DNA from: Acidimicrobiales bacterium
GTDB lineage: Bacteria; Actinomycetota; Acidimicrobiia; Acidimicrobiales; SHLQ01
Direction of reading: 5' to 3'
Assembly (NCBI GenBank): GCA_051011575.1
Contig: JBPCTR010000230.1
Span: 1 to 52,425, forward strand
Length of the DNA: 52,425 bases
The notes under the pieces are model-generated. The model was not told the origin of the DNA. It made no database searches and was given only the letters and a program-made list of their open reading frames with translations. Position 1 is the first letter of the stretch, and the number at the start of each line of letters is the position of its first letter. The position numbers and the translations under genes were made by a program. Positions 37,154 through 47,908 of this stretch are shown piece by piece.

Positions 37154-38112
37154 CCAACCACGACCATCCCGAGGACCACCTCTCTCCGGCGCAGCTCGAC
37201 ATCAAGTCGTTGCTCGGTGCGACCGTCGGCGAACGCCCCGAGTTCTCCGCCGAGCTTCGCTACGAACTCCGGGGCGAGCTCGAAACGTCGATCGCAGGCT
37301 CGGTCGAGCGACTCCCGGCCGACGCTGAGATCTTCGCCAACAAACATGCGATCGCGTCGGTGCACGGTTGTGAAACAAAGTTCCTGGCCGATCGTGAATT
37401 CCCGGGCTGGTCGGTTCCCCTCGCTCGGGGGACGGTCGTGCACAAAGCGATCGAACTCTCGATCAACTGGCGGGGTGCTCCCCATCCGGCTGACCTCGTC
37501 GACGAGGCGCTGGCATCCCTGGAACATTCCGAGCAGAACATCGGTGAGTTCCTCCAGGAACTTCCCGAGGCGCAACGCGCTCAACTCCGTGGCGATGTAG
37601 TCGGGCATGTCACCGCATTCACCGAGTGCTGGCCGCCCCTCGAGAAGAAATGGCGGCCCGTCACCGAATCGAGGGTGCGCCTCGAACTCTTCGAGGGTCG
37701 GGTGGTGTTGCAGGGCAAGATCGATCTCACACTCGGTCGGGCGAACGGTCTCAGGGCGGGAAAGGTGCTCATCGACCTGAAGAGTGGCAAGGTGCGGCCC
37801 AGCCATCTCGACGACCTCCGCTACTACGCACTGGTCGAAACGATTCGGGTTGGGGTACCTCCCCGCATGCTCGCCAGCTACTACCTCGACCAGGGCAAAC
37901 TCCACCGAGAACAGGTGAACGAGGACGTGCTCTTTGCAGCGGTCGGGCGCGCGGCCGCCGGCATCAACCGGATGATCGATCTCCACCTCGATGACTCGAC
38001 GCGGACGACCGTGCCTGGGCCTCAGTGCCGTTGGTGTCGGGTACTCGACACGTGCGACGTTGGTCAGCGCAGTCTGAGAGAGTTCGACGACCCGCTCGAC
38101 GATCTTGACTAG
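37150..38112 (+). CDS. PD-(D/E)XK nuclease family protein (RecB/Cas4-like, 4-Cys); start CTG 37150 or TTG 37210
   Basis: GTVVH, E.R, GKIDL, IDLKSG, L.YY; one N-terminal Cys plus CRWC-x5-C. Confidence 0.88.
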   Translation: MTNHDHPEDHLSPAQLDIKSLLGATVGERPEFSAELRYELRGELETSIAGSVERLPADAEIFANKHAIASVHGCETKFLADREFPGWSVPLARGTVVHKAIELSINWRGAPHPADLVDEALASLEHSEQNIGEFLQELPEAQRAQLRGDVVGHVTAFTECWPPLEKKWRPVTESRVRLELFEGRVVLQGKIDLTLGRANGLRAGKVLIDLKSGKVRPSHLDDLRYYALVETIRVGVPPRMLASYYLDQGKLHREQVNEDVLFAAVGRAAAGINRMIDLHLDDSTRTTVPGPQCRWCRVLDTCDVGQRSLREFDDPLDDLD

Positions 38113-38180
38113 ACGAGCGACGAGGGACGAGGAGCGGAGCGACAAAGCTGCGATTGTCGGGAGCGAGGAACGAGCGGGAA
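38113..38180. repeat. Intergenic repeat family B copy between convergent genes
   Basis: GAGGAGCGGAGCGAC...GGAGCGAGGAACGAGCGGGAA, near-identical to 35448-35496. Confidence 0.7.
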
Positions 38181-38792
38181 CTAGAGCCAATCCGAGAACT
38201 CGGCATGGCGCTCGTACCACTCCTCCGACGTGATCGCGTACCGGAGATGGTCCTCCCACACGCCGTCGATCTCCAGATACCGCTCGGCAAGACCCTCGAG
38301 TCGAATCGCCAACTTCTCAACCACTCGCCGCGAAGGCTTGTTGCGGGGAATGATCGAAATCTGGAGGCGATGCAGTCGGAGCTCCTCGAAAGCGAAGCGA
38401 AGCGCGAGCACAAGCGCCTCGGGGGTGTACCCGTTCCCGGCCTGCCGCTCGTCGATCCAGTACCCCACGTATGCGTTCTGAAACGGACCCCGCTGGATCG
38501 AAGAGACGTTCATCTCCCCGATCAGCTCGGCCCCGAGGAAGACACCGAACCCATAGCCGGTGCCGAGCTGGCGCTCCCGATGTCGGGCCGCACAGCGCGA
38601 CGAGAACGCCTGCTTGCTCTGCACGACATCGGGTTGGCCCGGCACCCGCTGAGGTTCCCAACGGGTGAGCCAGTCCTCGTTGGCCGAGCGGACGTCCTTC
38701 CATTGGGAGTAGTCGTCGACCACGAGCGGGCGGAGCATCACTCGACGGCCCTCGAGCGGGGCCGCGCCCGGCTCGGGAAGCGATCGGATCAC
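38181..38792 (-). CDS. RimJ/RimL-family GNAT N-acetyltransferase
   Basis: VGYWID, G.GY, LHRL, N.PSRRVVEK, IDGVWEDH; GTG overlaps the ppx stop. Confidence 0.92.
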   Translation of the reverse strand: MIRSLPEPGAAPLEGRRVMLRPLVVDDYSQWKDVRSANEDWLTRWEPQRVPGQPDVVQSKQAFSSRCAARHRERQLGTGYGFGVFLGAELIGEMNVSSIQRGPFQNAYVGYWIDERQAGNGYTPEALVLALRFAFEELRLHRLQISIIPRNKPSRRVVEKLAIRLEGLAERYLEIDGVWEDHLRYAITSEEWYERHAEFSDWL

Positions 38793-39712
38793 GTGATCTG
38801 GCTCAGGATGAGCCCATCGAGGATGTCCGACTCCGATACGAGGACGTCTTCGGCGTCGAAGTACCGGACGATGCGGGCGAGGATGCACATACCGCCAACG
38901 ATCGTATCGACCCGCCCGGGCTCGAGCCCGGGGTTGTGCAATCGATCGGCTCGTGATTCGGTGACGAGCGTGCGGAAGACGTCCTCGATCGCAGGCCGGT
39001 CGAGACGGAAGTGATGGATCTGATCCCGGTCATACTCGAGCAGCCCGATCTCCACTGCCGCCGCGGTCGAGACCGTTCCTGCCAGGCCCACCAATTGTCG
39101 CGCTCCCAGCACCATCGGGACCTCGCGTACGACATCGTCGATGTGAGCCTCGGCGATCGAGAGACACGCCACCAGTTCTTCCGGGAGCGGCGGATCGCTC
39201 TCGATGTACTTCTCGCTGAAGCGCACACTGCCCATGTCGGTCGACAGCCCGCCTTCCATCCGCGTCGTTCCAATCGCGAACTCGGTGGAGCCACCGCCGA
39301 TGTCGAAAACGAGGAACGGTCCGTCGGCAGCATCCAGTTCCGCCGTCGCGCCAATGAAGGAGAGCTCGGCTTCCTCGTGTCCCGAGATCAGTTCAGGGCG
39401 GACACCGACCGCCTTTTCGGACACGTCGAAGAATCTCTCGCGATTCGAGGCATCGCGGGCGGCCGAAGTCGCTGTCATGCGAACGCCGGCCAACTCGTAG
39501 CGATCCATGATCGAGGCAAACTCGTCGAGTGCGACACGAACCCGCTCGATCGCATCGTCGGCCAGGCGACCTGTCGCATCGACGCCGCGTCCGAGGCCGG
39601 TGATACGCATCTCGCGTTCAAAGGTTGAGGCCCCATCGCCCACGATGAGCCGGGTGGAGTTCGTGCCACAATCGATGGCGGCGTACACCGGACGGGTCGG
39701 ATCGTTGGTCAC
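38789..39712 (-). CDS. ppx: Ppx/GppA exopolyphosphatase (ppx2-type)
   Basis: AAIDCGTNSTRL, ATSAARDASN, DIGGGSTE, SDILDG. Confidence 0.95.
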   Translation of the reverse strand: MTNDPTRPVYAAIDCGTNSTRLIVGDGASTFEREMRITGLGRGVDATGRLADDAIERVRVALDEFASIMDRYELAGVRMTATSAARDASNRERFFDVSEKAVGVRPELISGHEEAELSFIGATAELDAADGPFLVFDIGGGSTEFAIGTTRMEGGLSTDMGSVRFSEKYIESDPPLPEELVACLSIAEAHIDDVVREVPMVLGARQLVGLAGTVSTAAAVEIGLLEYDRDQIHHFRLDRPAIEDVFRTLVTESRADRLHNPGLEPGRVDTIVGGMCILARIVRYFDAEDVLVSESDILDGLILSQIT

Positions 39713-40758
39713 TCGTTGTCCTCTCGAGACGCCGCCGGCCAGTCGGGGCGATCGACCTCGTGGAGATGCTCGGCAACCCACTCGCCGACCGGATCGTCCC
39801 CGCCAGCCAACCACCAGCCGTAGTGCGCGTGCAGGCATTTCACGCCGGTGCGGGTTCCTCCCACTCCACCCGATGGCCGATGCTGAGGCTGAAGCGGCAT
39901 GGCGTCGAGCGCGGCATCTCGCTCCTCGCGATACCGGTCGTGGGCGTCTGCGATCGCGTCGAGACCGACCTCGGCCTCGGCCCGGCGCACGCCTCCCATC
40001 GACTCGAGTCGTCCCACGAGCACGTTCTCTCGCTCACCACACAACCAGTAGAGCGTCGGCATCGGCGTGCCATCGTGCAGGATCGGCGCGTTCCGAAGCA
40101 CGACGGGCCCACCGGTTGCGTCTCGGACGACTACCGCAAATGCACCCTGCGGCTCCCGGCCGAGAAGCTCGGAGACCCGACGCCTGTCGACCGCCAGCTT
40201 CTGTACGACCTCGAGCGCCTCGACCGTATCCACATCGGTCGGATCGCCGAATGACGGAATCGTCGTGACCAGCTCTGGGTGTTCAGAGATCAGGCCGCGG
40301 GCACCGGCGTCGCCCCGAGAAGGCAGACGATCCCAGATCTCGGCCGCTAGCCGGGTGGGCGTACGACGGAGCCCGTCGAAGAGCGAGACGATGATCGGTG
40401 TCGCGGCGACACCCCGGATGGCCCGCCATGCGCGCACTCCCACGAGCGGTTGGTCGGCCACACTGACCACGAACGCATCGTGGCCGTGCGCTCGTGCGTG
40501 CGCGGCTGCGGCCTGTAGCGACGTCGACTGCCCCTCCGCCCAATCGGGGTTGCGGATCACCAAAACGTCCGACGGCAGGAGGTCGGCAAAGTCGTCGTCG
40601 CCGACGACCACGACCACGTCGTCGTACCCGGCCGCGCGGGCCGCATTGACCGTGCGGAGCAGCATCGCGGTGCCGTCGATCTCGGCTCGGAGTTTGTGCC
40701 CGGCACCCTCGAAGCGCGAGCCACGACCGGCGGCGAGAACGACAGCCGCCTCGGTCAT
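39709..40758 (-). CDS. Fusion: MocA/MobA-like nucleotidyltransferase + DUF501
   Basis: N-term VLAAGRGSRF, NPDWAEGQSTSL, DQP, GDAGAR, DVDT; C-term DGTPMPTLYWL, GGVGG, KCLHAHY. Confidence 0.88.
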   Translation of the reverse strand: MTEAAVVLAAGRGSRFEGAGHKLRAEIDGTAMLLRTVNAARAAGYDDVVVVVGDDDFADLLPSDVLVIRNPDWAEGQSTSLQAAAAHARAHGHDAFVVSVADQPLVGVRAWRAIRGVAATPIIVSLFDGLRRTPTRLAAEIWDRLPSRGDAGARGLISEHPELVTTIPSFGDPTDVDTVEALEVVQKLAVDRRRVSELLGREPQGAFAVVVRDATGGPVVLRNAPILHDGTPMPTLYWLCGERENVLVGRLESMGGVRRAEAEVGLDAIADAHDRYREERDAALDAMPLQPQHRPSGGVGGTRTGVKCLHAHYGWWLAGGDDPVGEWVAEHLHEVDRPDWPAASREDNE

Positions 40759-40802
40759 CGCACACCCGCGTTCGCTCCACGAGCGCCGCTAGGGTCGACG
40801 CC

Positions 40803-41243
40803 GTGGATCAGCCTGACCTCGAGTTCAACCCGCCGGCCTTCCAGGCGATCGTCCTGATGGCGGACTCGGTTCAGGTGGCTGAGGGAAAGCTCTTCATTCT
40901 CGGCGGCGGACTGGGTGTGATCGGCCCCCGGCCGCAACACATTTCGGTGGCGGTACGAATCGCCGTTCCGTGGGACCAAGCCAACGTGAAACACGACTGG
41001 CGTCTCGATCTCACCGACGAAGACGGTCGACCGGTGCTCGTCCGCGAGAAACCCGTGTCCCTGGCCGGGCGATTCGAGGCCGGTCGTCCGGCGGGTGTCC
41101 CGCCGGGAACCGCACTGTGGGTGCCGCTCGGCATCAACTTCGGTGCGGTGCCACTCCCCCGGGGCAAGCGCTACACATGGAAGCTGTACATCAACGACGC
41201 GACGTCGGAGACGTGGAGCGCCACCTTCGCTGTCCGTCCCTGA
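40803..41243 (+). CDS. Hypothetical protein (all-beta, DUF6941-like)
   Basis: LMADS...GKLFILGGG, VPW, G.RYTW; TAGGGT lies 7 nt before the GTG. Confidence 0.8.
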   Translation: MDQPDLEFNPPAFQAIVLMADSVQVAEGKLFILGGGLGVIGPRPQHISVAVRIAVPWDQANVKHDWRLDLTDEDGRPVLVREKPVSLAGRFEAGRPAGVPPGTALWVPLGINFGAVPLPRGKRYTWKLYINDATSETWSATFAVRP

Positions 41244-41280
41244 CGGGGCTGCACAATACGAGATTTTGTGGTTGCCCATG

Positions 41281-42096
41281 TCAGTGATCGCGGTGAATCG
41301 GTCCGTCGCTGTCGCGCAGCGCCGCGACATTCCGCCCGGTCCGCAACGCAATGATTTCGGCCACGATGGAGACCGCCGTCTCCTCGGGGGTTCGTCCACC
41401 GATGTCGAGTCCGATCGGTGACCGCAGGCGATCAAGCTGTTCCGGTGTCAGACCGACGTCGACGAGCCGAGCGCTGCGGTCGTCGTGGGTCCGGCGACTC
41501 CCCATCACCCCGATGTAGCCGACTCCGGTCTCGAGTGCCGACGTGATCGCGGGCACGTCGAACTTCGCATCGTGGGTGAGCACTGCTACCGCATCACGCT
41601 CTCCGAGTGACGGCCCGATCTCGGCAAGAAGCCGATCGGGCCAGTCGACCACGACATCGTCGGCGGTCGGAAAGCGACGTTTGGTTGCGAAGACCGGCCG
41701 AGCGTCGCACACGGTGACGCGGTAGCCGAGCAGCTTCGACACCTTCACCAGGGCCGCGGTGAAGTCGACAGCCCCGAAAATGACCATCTGTGGTGGAGGC
41801 GCATACGACTCGATGAAGATCGCCACATCCTCCTCGCGCGCCTGCCCGTCGGCTCCGTAGTGTCGAAGGCCCGTACGCCCCGCAGCGAGTTCGCCCAGCA
41901 CATCGCGAGTAACGACCCGGTCGAGATCTGAGTTCCCCAGTGTGCCCAACACGTCTTGGTCGGGGCGCACGAGGATCTTCGCGCCGACCGATGGACCGTC
42001 GATCATCGTCGCGAGCGCCACTGGGTTCTCGGCGCGGATGGCGGTGCTGAGCGCGTGGAAGAGCGGGCGTTCAGCCTCGGAGTGGTCCGCCATCAC
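41281..42096 (-). CDS. XdhC/CoxI family Moco chaperone, C-terminal part
   Basis: IFGAVDF, VCDARPVFAT..RFP, LTHD.KFD, GVMGSRR, SPIGLDIG.RTPEETA; GTGA overlap with the upstream gene. Confidence 0.9.
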   Translation of the reverse strand: MMADHSEAERPLFHALSTAIRAENPVALATMIDGPSVGAKILVRPDQDVLGTLGNSDLDRVVTRDVLGELAAGRTGLRHYGADGQAREEDVAIFIESYAPPPQMVIFGAVDFTAALVKVSKLLGYRVTVCDARPVFATKRRFPTADDVVVDWPDRLLAEIGPSLGERDAVAVLTHDAKFDVPAITSALETGVGYIGVMGSRRTHDDRSARLVDVGLTPEQLDRLRSPIGLDIGGRTPEETAVSIVAEIIALRTGRNVAALRDSDGPIHRDH

Positions 42097-42407
42097 CAGT
42101 CGAGCGGCTCGATGAACAGATGGATCGTGCCACCACACGTGAGACCCACGGCAAATGCTTCGTCGTCGGAGTAGCCGAACGTGACGGTGCGCCGATCGCC
42201 CGTCTCGATCACGTCGAGCGCCTCGACGACCACGGCACCCTCGACGCAACCACCCGAAACCGATCCGGCCACTTCGCCGTCGTCGTTGACGGCCATGGCA
42301 GCACCCGGGAGACGAGGCCCGGAACCGTCGAGATCGACGACCCGCGCCACGGCCACTTGCTTGCCCTGGCGTTGCCAGCGATCGAGGTCGTTCAGCAGTT
42401 CCTTCAT
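42093..42407 (-). CDS. XdhC/CoxI family, N-terminal domain
   Basis: GSGPRLPGAAM, GSVSGGCVE, GLTCGGTI. Confidence 0.9.
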   Translation of the reverse strand: MKELLNDLDRWQRQGKQVAVARVVDLDGSGPRLPGAAMAVNDDGEVAGSVSGGCVEGAVVVEALDVIETGDRRTVTFGYSDDEAFAVGLTCGGTIHLFIEPLDW

Positions 42408-42459
42408 CGGCTACGACGCTACCGCCGGCAGGAACGACGGCCCCAACCACATGGAGTGC

Positions 42460-43575
42460 TCAGGCATCTATGGCGTCGGCCAGCGTCTGGAGAGAATCCA
42501 GGCTGTGACCCTCGAGGAACGTGTCGACATGAGGTAGCGCTGCGGCCATACCTCGAGCCAGAGGTTCGTAGCCGGGGCTGGCCTTGAGCGGGTTCACCCA
42601 GATCACCCGGTTGGCCGTGCGGTGAAGGCGCTCCATCTCGAGCGCCATCTGGTCTGGATCGCCCCGGTCCCACCCGTCGGAGAGCACCACCACGATGGCC
42701 CCTCGCGCCATCCCGCGAACTCCCCACTCGTCATTGAATCGTCCGATGGCCTCGCCGAGCCTCGTGCCACCGGACCAGTCGACCACCGACGCCGCCGCAT
42801 CGGCGACCGCCGCATCGACGTCGTGCGACCCGAGCTGCCGGGTCATGCGGGTGAGTCGGGTGCCAAGACCAAAGACCTCGACCCGGCCGCGCCCGACGAC
42901 CGCGGCGTGTGCGAAGCGAATCAGGACCCGTGCGTAGGCCTCCATCGACCCGCTCACGTCGAGCAGCAGAACCAGTCGCCGTGTGCGTGAACCCTGACTC
43001 GTCATTGCCAACGAGAGCGGTTCGCCGGACGTTCGCATCGCCTGACGCACGGTTCGACGCAGGTCGTGGCGGTCGCCGCGTCGTGCGGAAACCCGGCGCC
43101 TCGACCGACGTTGCGAAGGCGAGAGGCGCATCGCAGCCATTACTCGCTGCGCTTCACGGAGCTCGTCAGAGGTGAACTCGGCGAAGTCCTTCTCTCCCAG
43201 AACCTCCGCCGCGCTGTAGCGCAGCGCAACGACGTCGTCGTCGCTTCCTTCGCCGGAGCCGTCGTCGTCGCCCTCATCGGTTGCAAGCGACGCCGACTCG
43301 GGCTCATCCTCGAATCGAACCTTGAACCCCGAGCTGTCGTTGTGGAAGAAGGCGAGGAACATCGCGTCGTACATTGCGATGTCCTCGGGCCGCGAGACCA
43401 ATGTGGCGCGCCCTGCCCAGTACACATCGTCACCGCGGCGCATCCCTACAGCATCGAGCGCCGATCGGAACTGCACCGATGCACTGACCGGCACGGTGAG
43501 ACCACCACTCCGGAGCGCGTGCACAAATCCCGCGACAACGCGCTCGAGCGGCGGTGGCCTGGTAGCCGTCGTCAC
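42460..43575 (-). CDS. CoxE-like VWA domain protein
   Basis: DLRRTVR, DVSGSM (MIDAS), WSGGTRLG, LSDGW, WVNP. Confidence 0.92.
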   Translation of the reverse strand: MTTATRPPPLERVVAGFVHALRSGGLTVPVSASVQFRSALDAVGMRRGDDVYWAGRATLVSRPEDIAMYDAMFLAFFHNDSSGFKVRFEDEPESASLATDEGDDDGSGEGSDDDVVALRYSAAEVLGEKDFAEFTSDELREAQRVMAAMRLSPSQRRSRRRVSARRGDRHDLRRTVRQAMRTSGEPLSLAMTSQGSRTRRLVLLLDVSGSMEAYARVLIRFAHAAVVGRGRVEVFGLGTRLTRMTRQLGSHDVDAAVADAAASVVDWSGGTRLGEAIGRFNDEWGVRGMARGAIVVVLSDGWDRGDPDQMALEMERLHRTANRVIWVNPLKASPGYEPLARGMAAALPHVDTFLEGHSLDSLQTLADAIDA

Positions 43576-43577
43576 GG

Positions 43578-44495
43578 TCAGGCCCCGAGGGCGATCTCGA
43601 TCACGCTCTCGATGCCGGCTCGGCGGGCTCGCTCCTGATCTTCGCGGTACTTGAGCAGCGTGCCGAGCGTGGCATCGACCGCGTCGGCGGTGAGCGTGTT
43701 CTCGCCCAACACGTGCAGCGCGTTGGCCCAATCGAGCGTCTCGGCGATGCCGGGAGGTTTGTACATACCCATCTCGCGAAACTGTGCCGTGGCCGAGGCA
43801 ACCTGACGGGCCAGCCCATCGGGAACGCCGGGAGCCTTCGTCTCGATGATCGCCACCTCGCGCTCGAAGTCGGGGTGCTCCACCCAGTGATAGAGGGCCC
43901 GACGCTTGAGGGCATCGTGAACATCGCGGGTGCGATTCGAGGTGATGATCACAAGCGGCGGTGTATCGGCGTGAAATGTTCCGAGCTCCGGCACGGTGAC
44001 CGAGTAGTCGGACAGAGCTTCGAGCAGGAAGGCCTCGAACTCGTCGTCGGCTCGATCGACCTCGTCGATCAACAACACCGGAGGCACCTCGCTGCGGTGG
44101 TCGATAGCGGCGAGCAGCGGCCGGCGGATGAGGTATCGCTCGGTGAACAGCTCCTCCTCGAGGTGGTCGGCGCCTTCGCGGGCGGCTTCGCCCGTGGCCT
44201 CAGCGGTGCGAAGGTGCAGGAGCTGACGGGTGTAGTTCCACTCGTAGAGGGCCTGCGACGAGTCGATTCCCTCATAACACTGCAAGCGGATCAGGTCGGC
44301 CCCCGTGATGGCCGCAACGACCTTGGCGACCTCGGTCTTGCCGACTCCGGCTTCCCCTTCGAGGAGAAGAGGACGTTTCAGGGACGCAGCGAGGAAGATC
44401 GACGTGGCGAGCCCGCGATCGGCGAGGTACTGCTGTGCCGCAAGTTGCTCGAGGACGTCGTTCACCGAGCCGAGCGGGTGCGGGGCGCTGGTCAT
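43578..44495 (-). CDS. MoxR/CoxD-like AAA+ ATPase
   Basis: GEAGVGKT, RLQCYEG, LIDEVDR, TSNRTR..HDALKRR. Confidence 0.95.
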   Translation of the reverse strand: MTSAPHPLGSVNDVLEQLAAQQYLADRGLATSIFLAASLKRPLLLEGEAGVGKTEVAKVVAAITGADLIRLQCYEGIDSSQALYEWNYTRQLLHLRTAEATGEAAREGADHLEEELFTERYLIRRPLLAAIDHRSEVPPVLLIDEVDRADDEFEAFLLEALSDYSVTVPELGTFHADTPPLVIITSNRTRDVHDALKRRALYHWVEHPDFEREVAIIETKAPGVPDGLARQVASATAQFREMGMYKPPGIAETLDWANALHVLGENTLTADAVDATLGTLLKYREDQERARRAGIESVIEIALGA

Positions 44496-44545
44496 GGCGT
44501 TCAGGGTAGGGCACCCCCGGCCGGCCGCGGGAACCGCCGCATCGC

Positions 44546-46386
<1,841 letters not shown>

Positions 46387-46415
46387 CTAAAAACCTACAC
46401 CCCCACGATCGCCAA

Positions 46416-46503
46416 GGGGTCTGACCCCAGGGTGCCAAATGGGGTCTGACCCGTTCCAACAGATTGTGCTCTGACCCCTTATTCGATTTAGGGGTCAGAC
46501 CCC
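46416..46503. repeat. REP-like repeat family A cluster (four GGGGTCWGACCCC-type units)
   Basis: 46416-46428, 46441-46452, 46466-46478 (variant) and 46491-46503; the last unit supplies the mazG stop codon. Confidence 0.8.
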
Positions 46504-47898
46504 TTTGGCGGTGGTCCAGCGGGCTCGGAGCTCGGTCATGTCGAGGTCGGCGAGGTCGACGCCGTCGGCCTGCGCGCCGGCTTCGACGTGGCGGAAGCGG
46601 TCGGCGAAGCGGTTCGAGGCCTGTCGGAGGGCCGTTTCGGGGTCGACGTCGAGCATTCGAGCGACCTGAACCCCGGCGTAGAGAAGGTCGCCGACCTCAT
46701 GTTTGTTCGGCTCGGCGGTCACCTCGGCCAACTCCTCGGCCACGTCTGCCAGCGCCCAATCGAGGTCCGGGCCACTGAAACCAACGGTGGCGGCACGCTT
46801 CTGGGTCTTCAGCGCATGGAGAAGGGCCGGAAGCGCACTCGGGATGCCATCCATCACGCTTTTGCGCTTCTTCTCGACCTGCTTTGCCTGTTCCCAGTTG
46901 TCCATGATGTGGTCGGGATCGGCATCACCGAACACGTGCGGATGCCGTTCGAACAACTTGTCGTGGATGCCATCGGCTACGTCGGCAACGGTGAACCAGC
47001 CCTGTTCCGAGGCGAGGCGACTGTGGAAGAAGATCTGGAACAGTAGGTCGCCGAGCTCCTCTTCGAGCTCGATGGGGCCACCGTCGTCGCCCGCCTCGAC
47101 CATATCGATGGCCTCGAGGACCTCGTAGGCCTCCTCGAGCAGATATCGGCGGAGGCTGCCATGGGTTTGTTCGCGATCCCATGGACATTCGGCCCGCAGT
47201 CGCCGAACCAGCTCGTCGAAACGAGCAAACGCGCCGGCGACCGGTGCGGCAAGCCGCGGGATCCATAGCGACGTCAGGTGATCGGGGTCCGTTGCGTCGC
47301 GGAGATCGCCCCAGGGCACGGCCCGCACATCGGCGACGGGTGTACCCAAACCTTTCAGGATGGTCACGTCGGGCGGATCAAGTTCGTCGAGGGCCAGGAT
47401 CACGTCGTCGAGCACGTCGGCGGAGTGCACCTGCGTCACCAGAAACGGACCGAGTCGGCCGGCAGCATCGATCACAAACCGGTGAGCATCGACGATCGTG
47501 GCCGCCTCGGCCATGGGGTCGATCCCCAGCGCAATCCACGCGAGGTCGGCGAAGCTCATCGCTGCCCGAACGTCGAGGGTGATTCGTTCGTCGGCGCGAA
47601 GCAGCTCCACCGTGCGTTCGGCGACGACGGGCGAACCCGGAACGGCGTACACGACGTGGCCGCGTTCGACTGCCTCTGCCACGAGGTGCTCGACAATTGC
47701 CCGGTACACCTCGGGAAACGACGCGTGTTCGTCGTAGAGGTGGTCGAACGTGCCCGCGACGGTCAGGCCGCCGGCGGCCGGATGTCGTTCGGTCCGCAGC
47801 CACACCGGATCTGGGCCGGCGAGAAGTGCAGAGGTCTCGGCTGTGATCAGCTCGGGACCGGCCGGCCCGAGCCCCACGACCGTGACGATCGAGGTCAT
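46495..47898 (-). CDS. mazG: YabN-type tetrapyrrole methylase-MazG pyrophosphohydrolase fusion
   Basis: N-term VVGLGPAG, YAVPGSP; C-term CPWDREQTH, EEAYEV, EELGDLL. Confidence 0.93.
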   Translation of the reverse strand: MTSIVTVVGLGPAGPELITAETSALLAGPDPVWLRTERHPAAGGLTVAGTFDHLYDEHASFPEVYRAIVEHLVAEAVERGHVVYAVPGSPVVAERTVELLRADERITLDVRAAMSFADLAWIALGIDPMAEAATIVDAHRFVIDAAGRLGPFLVTQVHSADVLDDVILALDELDPPDVTILKGLGTPVADVRAVPWGDLRDATDPDHLTSLWIPRLAAPVAGAFARFDELVRRLRAECPWDREQTHGSLRRYLLEEAYEVLEAIDMVEAGDDGGPIELEEELGDLLFQIFFHSRLASEQGWFTVADVADGIHDKLFERHPHVFGDADPDHIMDNWEQAKQVEKKRKSVMDGIPSALPALLHALKTQKRAATVGFSGPDLDWALADVAEELAEVTAEPNKHEVGDLLYAGVQVARMLDVDPETALRQASNRFADRFRHVEAGAQADGVDLADLDMTELRARWTTAKGV

Positions 47899-47908
47899 GA
47901 CACCTTCC

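Noticed and set aside
35337-38180. CRISPR array near the Cas4-like nuclease
   Set aside because: The repeats are dispersed, not regularly spaced with unique spacers, and there are no other cas genes.
31308-38259. Long alternative ORFs such as 31308..32516, 31997..33211, 33623..34882, 35927..37048 and 36907..38259
   Set aside because: Shadow frames overlapping well-supported genes, typical of high-GC DNA, with no family motifs.
46495-47898. Methylase-MazG fusion as a novelty
   Set aside because: This is the known YabN architecture.
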